DNA from: Macrostomum lignano
Lineage: Eukaryota
DNA: 64,000 nt
Direction of reading: 5' to 3'
Assembly (NCBI GenBank): GCA_002269645.1
Contig: NIVC01000511.1
Coordinates: 404,023-468,022 of the forward strand
Shown here: positions 38,501 to 58,713 of the stretch, one piece after another
Numbering within the stretch: position 1 is the stretch's first letter
Layout of the letters: each line of letters opens with the position of its first letter
The notes under the pieces: generated by a model
Database searches by the model: none
What the model was told of the DNA's origin: nothing
Seen by the model: the letters and a program-made list of their open reading frames with translations, nothing else
Made by a program: the position numbers and the translations under genes

Positions 38501-40012
38501 ATTCCTCAAACGACTTAAGTTTTTCACAATTATCGTAGAAATGCAATCAACGACATTCTTATTTGATCCAGCGTGCAAGAATGCTTTGGAAGTCGCCATA
38601 AGCGTGCAGAAATGCAAGTTTCTATGGTAAAAGCACCTTGAATTTACATGTGCACTCCGTGCAGGAATGTCAATCGTGCAAGAATGTAGTGCGCAATGTT
38701 TCTGTATTTAGCATAACAGCCATAGACTACAAGCATAATCTTCTTTCCATCGTGCAAGAATGATCAGACTAGCTCGCGCATATTTTGTCTATGGTTCAAG
38801 TCAAACTCCACACCCCCAGCTCCACCCTTGTCTACTTTAGCCACACATGTTGGATCAAATAAGAATGGGAATCAAGCACTTTGACTTGTGCGTCTATGGC
38901 CAAAACCCTCGTGCGCTACGCGCACTCGTGTTTCAGCCATTGACGCACTCGTCAGCGTGCTAGATTCCTCCATTGACATATGGCCAAGCATGCTTAAATG
39001 GAATTTACTGCACGGCTTGGGATTTACTGCACAGTCGCGTTATCTATCTATGTCTATGGCTAAAACCAGAAGAATGCTTTGCACATAAATCAATGAATCC
39101 ATCACTAGGTTCCTTCGTGCGTAAATAGTCTATGGCACTCGAAACCTAGAGATAAATCTACCAGTCAAGTAAGCTAAATTTCCACTGAGATTTGCACGAT
39201 TTACATAAATACACATGGAAAATGTCCGAATAACTCGAATAAACAAATATTTTGATTAAAGGTAAGAATGAAAGTTCAACTTATAAATAGTAGTGCCGTA
39301 AGCACTCCGCTTTCTGGTGTACACCAGCAGGGCATGGCAAAAGCCAGTGCACAGAGCTGGTAGCTCTTTGTCATATTTTAGCCACCCCGCCTCCTCGATT
39401 CTGATTGGCTAGAGGGCCAGCAAAATCAATGGTTAAAAACTCACGGCAGGCCCGCATCTCGTTGCACTGCACCCGGTTGAACTTTTTCTTCAGCTTCTTC
39501 TTGAAGCGCGCAGGCAGGAAAGCCAGGCGGAAGAAGCCGGGGTCTCGCGTGGCCGTCAGGAAGAACACGTAGCCAGCTGGGCGCCGGCGCAGGTCGCACG
39601 GCATGCAGGTCTGCCGCTGTCTGGCTCGCTGCTGGCGCACCTGGGTCCGGTTGAATGTGCCGACCGTGATGCGCCGGCCCTCCAGGTTCTGCCGCCACGG
39701 CTTCAGCTGCGACCCGACCGTCATGGAGATGTTGTAAGCGCCGTTTTCGGTCGGCGTTGACTCGTCGCTTGCCCGCCAGGTGGCGCGCAGGACCAGGTCG
39801 GACTGCAGCCACTTGGACTGAGCGTCGTGAAACTCGTGTCCGCACTCACTTGATGGCAGCTGCTTGGCGGGCAGCCTTCTCCAGCGCTTGTGTCGCTGTC
39901 GATTTCTCTGGCCCAGCGAGGCGGTGGGCAGCAGCAGGAGCAGCAGCAGGAGCAGCAAGGGCATGGCCTGGAGCAGGGGACTCCTGTGCTGCATGGGAGC
40001 AGCTGGCGGCAT
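26547..40012 (-). CDS. Neuregulin/vein-like EGFR-ligand precursor (signal peptide, NtA-like domain, Ig I-set, EGF, TM, Pro/Gln-rich tail); exons 39445-40012, [unresolved], 33382-33579, 31200-31318, 30360-30407, 29910-30042, 29575-29651 (alt 29247-29296), 28591-28705 (alt 28067-28196), 27764-27827, 26547-27161
   Basis: Poly-Leu signal peptide. SDLVLRATW/YNISMTV..LK/RITVGTF/C..GYVFFL resembles agrin NtA. Ig: PQLVKEM...LVCRANGLPRP..WLRDG...SRLVLRRASPDDAGNYTCVFRN. EGF: CNYKNVTYCLNGGTCVISRITNKPSC|QCPEEYMGFFC with an intron between Cys4 and Cys5, as in EGFR ligands. TM is followed by RRR. All junctions are in phase except 39445>33579. Confidence 0.85.
27489..27743. repeat. 18-bp minisatellite ACTAGGGAACCGGTGATC (~14 identical copies)
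   Basis: Perfect tandem copies, ~20 nt from the donor at 27763. Confidence 0.97.
28067..28196 (-). CDS. Transmembrane exon B (LIRNLAVAGVSETTLSTTTLVAGLALIALFVVLLAICCMVAD)
   Basis: ttgcag| ... |gtgagt; 130 nt, phase 1>2; ~22-residue hydrophobic helix. Confidence 0.72.
28591..28705 (-). CDS. Transmembrane exon A (YIEQHLHRRVDRLLTAVAVAIVAAVLCSILLLSWYLA)
   Basis: ttgcag| ... |gttaga; 115 nt, phase 1>2; resembles the neuregulin juxtamembrane/TM segment. Confidence 0.8.
29247..29296 (-). CDS. Candidate EGF C-terminal exon, variant 2 (CISAVNLNDTDCVDLQ)
   Basis: ttttttaaccag| ... |gtacgc; 50 nt, phase 2>1; first full codon is Cys, but spacing is C-x10-C and there is no Gly. Confidence 0.45.
29575..29651 (-). 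CDS. EGF C-terminal exon, variant 1 (CPEEYMGFFCENINIEYMYREQIRQ)
   Basis: ttccag| ... |gtaaat; 77 nt, phase 2>1; canonical C-x8-C. Confidence 0.88.
31752..33136. repeat. Purine-rich minisatellite with 43-bp and 47/48-bp unit variants
   Basis: GAGAGGGAGAGAGATAAGAATAACAAGACTGAACTACAGACCA and ...GAACTATACGGTAGACCA occur in blocks; lies in the intron splitting the Ig domain. Confidence 0.95.
34199..36285 (-). pseudogene. Probable frameshift-degraded coding sequence (possible transposase remnant)
   Basis: Overlapping ORFs in alternating frames tile 34933-35914, with flanking ORFs at 34199-34606 and 36016-36285. EDLERAAGRL..SCAGPDVPPNSVRLF is loosely like the P-element/THAP9 QDxLExxFGxxR..G...P motif (by-eye match only). 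Confidence 0.3.
36444..36900 (+). pseudogene. THAP zinc-finger coding segment, disrupted by a 1-nt deletion and a MITE insertion
   Basis: Reconstructed MPLKCAVxYCKNCVSDASVSFFRLPFKDVDRLREWRARVPLRSAGDVKWMRICEFHFSIDDFVQQKTRKKLKSDAVPSV has the THAP signature (C-x4-C, P, W, CxxHF, LK..AVP). Confidence 0.85.
36533..36715. mobile_element. hAT-type MITE (183 bp)
   Basis: Ends CAGTGGCGTAGCC / GGCTACGCCCCTG; perfect 8-bp TSD ACGTCGAT at 36525-36532 and 36716-36723. Confidence 0.92.
36905..38135. repeat. 52-bp minisatellite CTACACCTTCACTCTGCCTGTTTATTACTTATGCTTTTTGCTTTTCCCACTG
   Basis: About 23 copies starting right after the THAP segment; source of the FPTATPSLCLFITY ORFs. Confidence 0.97.
38360..39138. 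mobile_element. Possible non-autonomous DNA element
   Basis: 13-bp inverted ends GTGCCATAGACTA / TAGTCTATGGCAC; repeated internal CGTGCAAGAATG and GTCTATGG motifs; no TSD found. Confidence 0.35.
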
Positions 40013-41155
40013 TCGCTGTCTGATTCAGCCCAGCATGGTTTCGTCCGTTCCAGCCGCCTAATGAATTTCAGTTTGCTTTTGGCGCGCTAAAATTTCTGGT
40101 GCCCGTTGCACAGGGGTTTAGGAAGAAGCAAACAGATTTAGAGAGAAGCAGAGGCCAGATAAGCTCTCGTGCAGTCTTGTTCCAGTCTGCCTATCAGTCC
40201 TCTTTATCTCCTCCAGCGAGCTGGAATTGAGAGAGCAAGAAATAAAAGCAGAAGATCGACAGTATAAACGAGATTGCGATGAGAAATTTGCCGGCACCTG
40301 CTTTTTCTTCTGGAAGTAGAGAGCTCGCAAACTACGCAGAGCGCGCGTGTCCTGAGCTGTGTGCTCCAACCCCCAGCACTGGGTCTCTCTCCTCCGCTCA
40401 GGCGAGCCTCTCGCTGCCCAATGGCGACGGGACAGAGCGCAGCGTTTTGGGGCCCAGCGCGCAGCCCCCCAGTCCTCCTGTCTTATTTAGAAAACTCTTG
40501 TGAGCCTGATGAGGCGGGGGCCTTGCCAGTTGAGGTGTCTTCTGCCCCAGTACTCTCCCAGCTCTTTCTCTCTCTTGTCTCTTGCGTTCGTATAGGGCGA
40601 ATTAGTGAATTCCAGGTTGAGTCGTCAGGACCACCCAAGCAAACAGGGCGCTCTGGGGTTGGCAACTCCCCCGCACTGAGTGAGTTCGCCCCACCTCTGA
40701 TATATGACAGATGTGTGCAGACACCTGAGCAGCGGCTTCTGCTGTCTGGCTGTCCAGTCTCTTCTCCCCAGGTTTTTTAAATAGATTATTTATATTATGA
40801 GGTGCTTGTACCGGTAAAATGAGCTGCCTACGAGCGTAATTTCATCGGATTTTCAATGATTGCAGTTTGAAAATCACAAACCACAGTTTATCTACCCGCT
40901 TGAGCAGGAGAAGACGCCAACGATAGAGCAGATTGGAGCAGCCACAAAACTGGCAGCGCAAATGCCGCTTTGGAATGCCGGGCTGGGTGGGTGGGTGGGG
41001 AACACGCGATTGTCTCACGGACTGGCGCGCTGCTGCACTTGAGGAATGCCTGCCGAGACAGGTTGTAAAACTCGTGCGCAACTAGCAATGCCTAATATAG
41101 ACTGAGAAAGTAATGCTGATGAAGCAGGGAGACTGGTTGAGAGTTTGAGCACTTG

Positions 41156-41396
<241 letters not shown>

Positions 41397-41984
41397 GCCA
41401 AAATCCAGCAATGGAATGGCGGTGGGTGTTGCAGCCCAGTTAAAAAGCGCAGTCAGTAAACTGTGAGATTGCGAGTGCACAGTTCAAGCAGATCAAAACC
41501 AGACTAGGCGGACAGCTCATGTGCGCATGCATTCGAAATCCAATTTTGGACATGCTTCGCTGTCTCTGAGCAGGCGGGGGGAGGCGGTATAGGTGACTAG
41601 GGCCGGTTGCCAGAGGAATTAAGTGCTCAAGCTGCTATTTGGCTGCCGGGCCGCCCACTCACAACCCGGCAAGGCGCAGGGGGCGTGCATTGAGACACTT
41701 CTCAGGCATTGGCACTGCTCACTAGCCATCCACATTGCGCCGTTGGCCCGGCAAGTGCCGACCACCTGCGGAGGTGGACCTAAGCCTGAAAAAAAAGAAA
41801 TTGATGTCGCTGTCTGGGGCGCATTTTAATCTTAAAATTATCGACTGTGGTCTTGAACAACTACATTTAGCAAAACATACAAGACAAAACTAACATTTAG
41901 ATCGTATATGCAAGGTTAATAAACTGCAATAACATAATCTGCAGAAAAATGCTGATCTGGGTGAGAGAGGCAGGATACGGGGAG

Positions 41985-42215
41985 GGCGAGACAGAGAGTG
42001 AGATATAGGGGAAGAGAGACAGAGCGAGAGATAGGGAGAGACAGAGAGGGTGAGACAGGGAGAGACAGGGAGAGACAGAGAGACAGGGAGAGACAGAGAG
42101 ACAGGGAGAGACAGAGAGAGACAGAGAGACAGGGAGAGACAGAGAGACAGGGAGAGACAGGGAGAGACAGGGAGAGACAGGGAGAGACAGGGAGAGACAG
42201 GGAGATACAGGAGAC
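41985..42215. repeat. GA-rich 10-bp repeat G(G/A)GAGAGACA
   Basis: Tandem purine-rich copies. Confidence 0.9.
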
Positions 42216-44254
42216 AAGGCAGCATTATTTTGTGCCCTATTTTCCTATTCTAAGAAAACATGAGGCCATGCTTGAACGCAGCGTGCTCTCAGATGTTGCT
42301 GCTGTTGCTCCATGATTATCTCCGTTGAAAAGTGCTTGGTGATAAGTACTATCAGGAGCTGTGTGCCTTGCTGGTCCGGTGATTTATGGTCGTTTAAATT
42401 ATTTCGAGTGTTTAATAAGCCGGTAAATATCCTCAAAGGGACTGAGATTTTGGGCTGCAGGGTCGAATTGACTTCGATTTTTTATTTTCCACATAAGATA
42501 TGGTGGCGACTCTGCGCTGCGCGGGAATCGCATCAGCGATAATTCGCGACCTCCCCCGGCTGACTGACCGACCTGGTTATGCACTGGGCCCCGCTGGGCA
42601 ATCGAGCTGGATGCACTTGCAATTTTTCATCCGGGGCAGCTTACCCGCGGAAAAATTAGGGCTCACTCATCAATGCCAAAGTTCGTCCGAGCGCGTCTAC
42701 CCAGCGATTCCAAGAAACTGTAAAATCTAGCATTGTATTGCAGCGAGTTCAAATATATTCTGGCTCTTTCAGCCCAGATCATTTTTCATCCTATATGATT
42801 TCACTCCAGGCTCGACTGAACTTTGCGAATGATAGATACGAGTTAAAAGGCCAATCGGAAAGTAAAAGGGGTAAAATTTATGCAGATTCAATCTAGAGCG
42901 TTGTCTGCATGGCTACCAACTCGAGGGGGAAGCAGCTCGGACATAAGCTCGGAAGCATAAGCACTGTGTGGCATAAATAGTCTGTCAAAAACATTACGAA
43001 AAAATCGGGGTAGTGAATGAATCTCAAAAACTCTCTGTTAAACACCATTGTAGTGTAATACAACAATTCATTTGAATTCTGATTTCAGTGCATATATTTG
43101 TCGATTAGTTAATTAACTGCATACAAAATATTTCATTTAGCATAAGAAGCTTTAAAACTAAATTCAAATTCTATTTCATTGGATAAGCTGGTTCGACGTA
43201 TTTTAATTTATGCTCATCTGCTTAAATTCATTATAGGTCTCTACGATACTAAAATAGTAATACAAGCGTATGTTTGTTAATGTAAGCATAAAATTTAAAA
43301 CTAAAACTTTCAAAGAATTTCCCAAGAAAGACTAGGCTGTCTATCTAGACTTGGCCTACCTGTACTATTCTATAATTTGCTAGATCACTGGAAACCATTT
43401 TTTGAAGCTCCGAAAACTAGAATTATTATGCATTTTTTATAGAATTTGAGTTGTAGCACATGTATATGTATAAATGTATGACCGTCGCACCCCTTTGTTG
43501 TTTTTGTTTCGAACTTGTCTCTTATCAAGCCTCAATCAAGATATTAAAAATATAATATTTCACTAATGTAGCTGATTCTTAGTTTGCCACCCAGTCATCG
43601 ACCAAATTACTCACTTTTAATCATACAAGCTATACAGCTTGGCTAGAATTAGTTTTTTATTTATGAGCAATGGTGTGGCTTACAAAATAATTTGACTATA
43701 TAGATTAGATAATACCAGTATGTTCAAAAAAATGTTTCATATTATTGCATCTCATTAGACACAAGAACGAGTTCGTTTGACTATACTTTTTCATTAAGCA
43801 AAAATGCTGACACAAAAATGTTCACAAATTTATATAAGCAAGTCTAAGCTACTTTGATACAGTATTGATCAGTTATTATATCAATTATATTCAAGCGAAC
43901 TCTGTGTTTTTTACCAAAAATTCTGTTTAATGAATGAATAATTACCAACTAATTTCCGATTGTTCATGTCAGTCCCATATAAGTTTTGCATAGTAAATAA
44001 TCAATAGAAAATTTCTATAAGAAACAAATATTTATTGAAGCCATAGCTAACAATATATATGATTTATTATTAAGTAATGATGTTGATGTACATAGTTCTG
44101 AATAAATTTAGAATTACGACAAATTGCATATAAATTTATTGATTATTGTCAAGAAAAATGTTTTTAAGGATATTTATCTCTTCATCTCTTAACTTTGTTT
44201 CAGACAATCAGATTTACATAATAAAAAGACCTATTATTTTTATTAATTTTTAAA

Positions 44255-45453
44255 ATGATGAAAGGCTCCAACGACAGAAAAAACATTTATTTATATGTGC
44301 CAAACCTAATAGGTAAGTGAAAAATCCTTTTCAAACCTGCAATTGTAGTAGCATTGTTTTATTTTTGTTTGAAAGTTCATGTTTGATTCCAGGTGTAGTT
44401 TGAATTACTTCCATATAATTGGATTCTGTAAGAGTTAAAGAGGGGCATAAATTGATTTGTAATTATATGATATGGGGAATGCTAAAAGAATTTTCTAGGA
44501 TGATTTTTAGAATCGTTTTTAACCTAAAGAACCTTCTGGAGAAAGCCATTTTCCTCTAGATATCAGGAAGCCTCATAGAAAGTAATGAAGAAAGCTATCT
44601 CACGTAGGAAATGCTCGGCGAGAAAAATTCCTGCTGGGAAATCTTTGCTCGAAATCTGTCTTAATGGGAAATCTCCAAATAAAAAATATCGTACAGGGAA
44701 ATCTGACACTGGAAAATCTCGGGTAAATCTTCCACAGGAAAATCTCCCAAAAGCTACCGCTCCCACTCCAGCTGTATTTGCGGTAAAGCAATTTGCTTGC
44801 AGAGCCCCCAACCGCCTGGAGCCGGCCCTTCCCGCAGATTATGCTCGCCTGCTCTTCCTGCTCGCCGGCCTGCTCCTCCTGCCGCTCAGCGAGGCCGCCT
44901 TCCCTCTGTGCTACGTCGCCTCCTCCCTGCTTGACCTGGTGGACGGCTGGGCCGCTCGCCGCCTGAAGCAAACCTCCAGCCTCGGCGCCTGGCTGGACGT
45001 CATCTGCGACAACCTCGGCCGCGCTTGCCTCTGGCACCTCAGCGGCAGCCGGCTCGGCCCGCTGTTTGTCAGCGTCGAGTGGCTCGCCTTTGCCGCCAAT
45101 CAGCGCCGCTCCGTCGCCACTGCGTCGGCCGCCGCCGCCTGGAAGTCGAACGTGCAACGCCAAATGCCCGGCTGGCTCAGCCGGCTATTCGACAACGGAT
45201 TCTACAATCCGATGGGTGCGCTGGCGATGGCCGGCCTGTTCGGCCTGCCCATGGCGCACTTCCTGCTGGCCAGGGCGATGCTGCCCGGCTTCATCCTGGG
45301 CTGCCCGGCGCTGCAGTGGGCGGCGCTGACGGCGCTCTACACTGGACGGCTCTTGGCTCTGGCTGCCGAGGTGCGAATCTATATACAAATTTTGCGTTGT
45401 TTGTCTGTCTGTCTCTTTCTTAGTGTCTGCCTGCCTGTCTATCTGTCTGTCTA

Positions 45454-45508
<55 letters not shown>

Positions 45509-45559
45509 GTCTGTCTATCTGCCTGTCTATCTGTCTGTCTATCTGTCTGTCTATCTACC

Positions 45560-45596
<37 letters not shown>

Positions 45597-46430
45597 GCCT
45601 GCCTGTCTGTCTGTCTGTCTGTCTGTCTGTCTGCCTGCCTGTCTGCCTGTCTGTCTGTCTGTCTGTCTGTCTGCCTGCCTGTCTATCTGTCTGTCTGTCT
45701 GTGTAATTGATCTTTTAGAGAACAATCTGGCCGTGAAATAAAGCCGATATGTATTGAAAAATTTAAAGCTGGAGAAATAAAGCCGATATGTATCGAAAAA
45801 TATGAAACTGCCAAATGCGATATGTATAGAAAGAATACAGAAAACCCTCCGAGGAAAAATCGATTTGGAAGTGCTGGGTCAAATATTATGAATTTGAATG
45901 CCTCCATAAGGGACTTGGTGCGCTAGCGCTAACTAATTAGAGGTTAATCAGTAGGGAACGGGGCAGAGCAGCTCAGCTCAGGAGTCAGCAGAATGGGCAG
46001 AATTGCCCCAGCCTGCTGGTTGTGAGACGATGTCACCGAATGCGTTTCGGCGCCTTTCATCACTAGAATTTAGTCCTTGAGTTCTACTGTTCAAGCTAAT
46101 TGATTTTATCTACACTAAGTCGATTATGCTATATGATCGGGTCAGCTCAGTCTGCGCAGACCGTAAACTACTCAGTTTAGTAGCTTAATTAATACGCATA
46201 TTTCAGAAAAACCTAAGCATTTTTTAAATTTCTCTCAATTTCCAATGCACTCGAAAACGTGTAAGTAGTATGATGCACTACCAGTAGTAACCGTATATAG
46301 TTTTTTATATAAAAACTCTATAGTGTTTGATCAACATATTTACAGACACTTTTAAATTGCCCCCCTTCAGCTCCACTGCATCTGGTTTGTCATTGACGAT
46401 CTGGTGACAGAGGATCAGCAGTCTCCATAA
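44255..46430 (+). CDS. CDP-alcohol phosphatidyltransferase family protein, 216 aa; exons 44255-44312, 44838-45370, 46371-46430
   Basis: In-phase GT-AG junctions (651 nt). NIYLYVPNLIDYARL N-terminus as in PI synthases, full signature DLVDGWAARRLKQTSSLGAWLDVICD, last exon LHCIWFVIDDL...stop. Confidence 0.88.
45400..45702. repeat. (TGTC/TATC)n microsatellite in intron 2
   Basis: Starts ~30 nt after the donor at 45371. Confidence 0.96.
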
Positions 46431-47713
46431 TTTCTAAGACTGTCGTGGATGCTCCCAATGGATTCAAATGTGGACAATTTATATATATGTTGAATTTTTT
46501 ATTTTTAGCTATCATGCGCGCCTGATACTACTGTACAAAATGCAGCACATGTTTAGAATTTAGATTTAGTTTTTTATTACACGTGCATGAAATTCCCAAG
46601 CTTCAAAGTCATAGCAATTGATTTTGTTGATTTTATCCAAGACAATTTCGTAGAGATATTATTGTACGAGTATATAAAGTAAACTTGAATGCCTCCTCGA
46701 TTCTTTAATTCGACTGGTCACAACTGAAACGTCTATAATAGACAATCAGAACGCCGCATGTCGGACGCTATATAGACTCAAATTTTGTGGATTTCACTAA
46801 GTACTTTTGTTCGAGATTGATTCAAATTAACTTTTTAGAATATCGGATTATTAAATTGGTTTGTACCAAGGTACTCAGTCCGGAAACTTCTGAGACACCC
46901 CTCGTATTTTTGAGCTAATTGAAATCATGCTTAAACCAAGGGCGTCTTAATCACACCTTAAGACCTTAAGAAGTCCTTGGCTTAAACATGGACCCATGCA
47001 GTAGATCAGATCTACCGTAGATTAACTGCAGATCTAGATTTGTATGATCAGAAATTTCAACTTGGTACACTGCTGCCAAATGGCAATTGTCATTACTAGA
47101 ATATTAACTTGGCTGACAAAAGTAAAATGCGATTTGCAGAGGTCAACTGGGCCTGTGAACTGACTCTAACCAGTTTTTCAAAGTTTTTATAACGTCATTC
47201 GATCGATCTGCGATAAAGAAGTTATTAACGAAAAGATCATTAAAGTTTGTATTTTACGAACAATCAGTCTAGTGAGATGATTTACAAAAACTTTCTGTGT
47301 ACAGTGACTAACAAGTATATTTCAAGTCTAGTAGGAATGCTGCGTGCACAACAATTTCAAGGAACCAGATACAAAGCATAAAGTGAAAACAAGGAGATTT
47401 TTAAAACAGGCAAAAGTACTCTGGATTAAGAAAGATGTTAAAAACTGTAGAAAACGGCGAAATCATTTTAGCTACAGTGTGGATGACCCGATGAGCTGCT
47501 GAGCCTCAGTGCGAAATGCCGGCCAGGAATATCGATCGATGATGAGTCATTTGGCAGACAATCCATAAACATATTTATTCCAAGTCTTTTCTATCTGATT
47601 GACGCCGGACTTTGATTAGGGCAAGGCAGCACCGCCCCCAGAGGCAGCGGCTGCTGCTGCTCTTGTCGATTGACTTTCTTCAGTTGTACGGTCGTCATGG
47701 TTACGGTGGAGCG

Positions 47714-56746
<9,033 letters not shown>

Positions 56747-56889
56747 CTGGCCGTCAACAGTTCACTGGCCTAACTAGAACTGTCAATCTGGTTGAGAGGC
56801 GCCTCTGGCTGGTGAATTTGGCATGAAAAGTTTTTGTCCAGGATTTTCTAGTCCTTATTTGCATTAGAGCGACCTAGAGAGCAGGCCCT

Positions 56890-57420
56890 AGAATGACCGT
56901 GAGAGTGGACCCAAGAATGACCGTGAGAGTGGACCCAAGAATGACCGTGAGAGCGGACCCTAGAGTGACCGAGAGAGGACCCTAGAGTGACCGTGAGAGC
57001 GGACCCTAGAGTGACCGTGAGAGCGGACCCTAGAGTGACCGTGAGAGCGGACCCTAGAGTGAACGTGAGAGCGGACCCTAGAGTGACCGTGAGAGCGGAC
57101 CCTAGAGTGACCGTGAGAGCGGACCCTAGAGTGACCGTGAGAGCGGACCCTAGAGTGAACGTGAGAGCGGACCCTAGAGTGACCGTGGGAGAGGACCCTA
57201 GAGTGACCGTGAGAGCGGACCCTAGAGTGACCGTGAGAGCGGACCCTAGAGTGACCGTGAGAGAGGACCCTAGAGTGACCGTGAGAGCGGACCCTAAGAG
57301 TGACCGAGAGAGCGGACACTAGAGTGACCGTGAGAGCGGACCCTAAGAGTGACCGTGAGAGCGGACCCTAGAGTGACCGTGAGAGCGGACCCCAGAGTGA
57401 CCGTGAGAGCGGACCCTAGA
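56890..57420. repeat. 24-bp minisatellite GAGTGACCGTGAGAGCGGACCCTA
   Basis: Tandem copies ~150 nt upstream of the SLC38A10 ATG. Confidence 0.96.
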
Positions 57421-58713
57421 GGGAGGGGCGAGCCTAAAGGGAAAGGGCTAACTGCAGAGGAGTGGGTGGCAGAAGGAGAAAGAAATGGGCCATGCAACTA
57501 GAACTGATAGATAAAAACTTTAATTCACGAATGAAAAAGACTGTTCCGCTAGAAAGAGAACTGCACGAAATGAATGCAGGCAAAAATGATGACAGGCTTC
57601 ACTGCGCAACGAATTATAATGTATCCATCGCTTTGTAATTAGTAATCAACAGAAACAAAATTGGAAATTCGATCCGATCAAAGAAGAGTTACTTATAATA
57701 ATTATTATTATCAATTAGTTGCACTCAGCCCCGAGCGAAGGGTTATATTGATAAAAGTTGTGAAATTAAGTATACAGATCTCTTTGCACGGGTGTACGCT
57801 ATTTATTATACAAACAATAATTTCTGTACAATATAACGCGATATGCACATACTCGCTATAGTTTTATAGCTATAATCGCGTTGAGACAGGGAGAAGGAGG
57901 AAAAAACACACAATGTTGCTTTTTGAGTCACTTTCAGCTAGACCGGCGATCGGCATTTGTTAGTGCGCGGCAGTCTAGCAGTGCTTTTAGGAGCAACAGA
58001 CACAGACAGAGCGCACATTTAGCAGAGACAGATAGAGTGGAGAAAGAGAAATTAGGGGCCACAGAAGAAGTCAAGCTGGATGCGGGAAACACAGTGTTAG
58101 CGCATCATTGTGCAGCTGGCTCCGAGATGACAGAATATCAATGGAATCAGCAGCAGAAGGCAGAGTAAGCAAAGCAAATGGCATGGCAACTAATAATTTT
58201 ATTTTTGGAACAAAGAAGAAAACATGACATATTCGCAGACGACACACAGATTTACTGGCCTGTCGGGGGTCTTTGTGCATTTAAGTGACAGTGAAACAAT
58301 CGGCATATTATTTAATAAAGCAAGGCAGGCAGACACAAATCGATAAGCGGGCAGGCTGTGGTGCTGTGCTGCACACACAAGGAGACTGAATATTTACTGC
58401 CTGTTAAAAAAGAAACGATTAAGAATTGCATTGTGCGCAGCACTTCCGCTTGGCGACAAGCGCGCAGAAAAAAACATTAAAACGACAAAGCAGGTAGAAA
58501 AACACAAAGAAACCTGTCCACTATCAGATACAGGGGACACACAATTGATCGAGTTAAAAAATTCTTTAGCAGAAAGAAGAAAAACAAAAAGAAACAAATT
58601 AATCAGACAAACTGGTGCAGGTAAATACGATGAGAAATTGAATAGGGGCTGCAGAGCGCAGGATAAATAACAGTAACTAAAAACATAATACTTGAATAAA
58701 CTGGATTGGAGAG

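Noticed and set aside
44585-44837. ORF-track N-terminus MKKAISRRK for the CDP enzyme
   Set aside because: Intronic; the true exon 1 (44255-44312) supplies the conserved LYVPNLI motif in phase.
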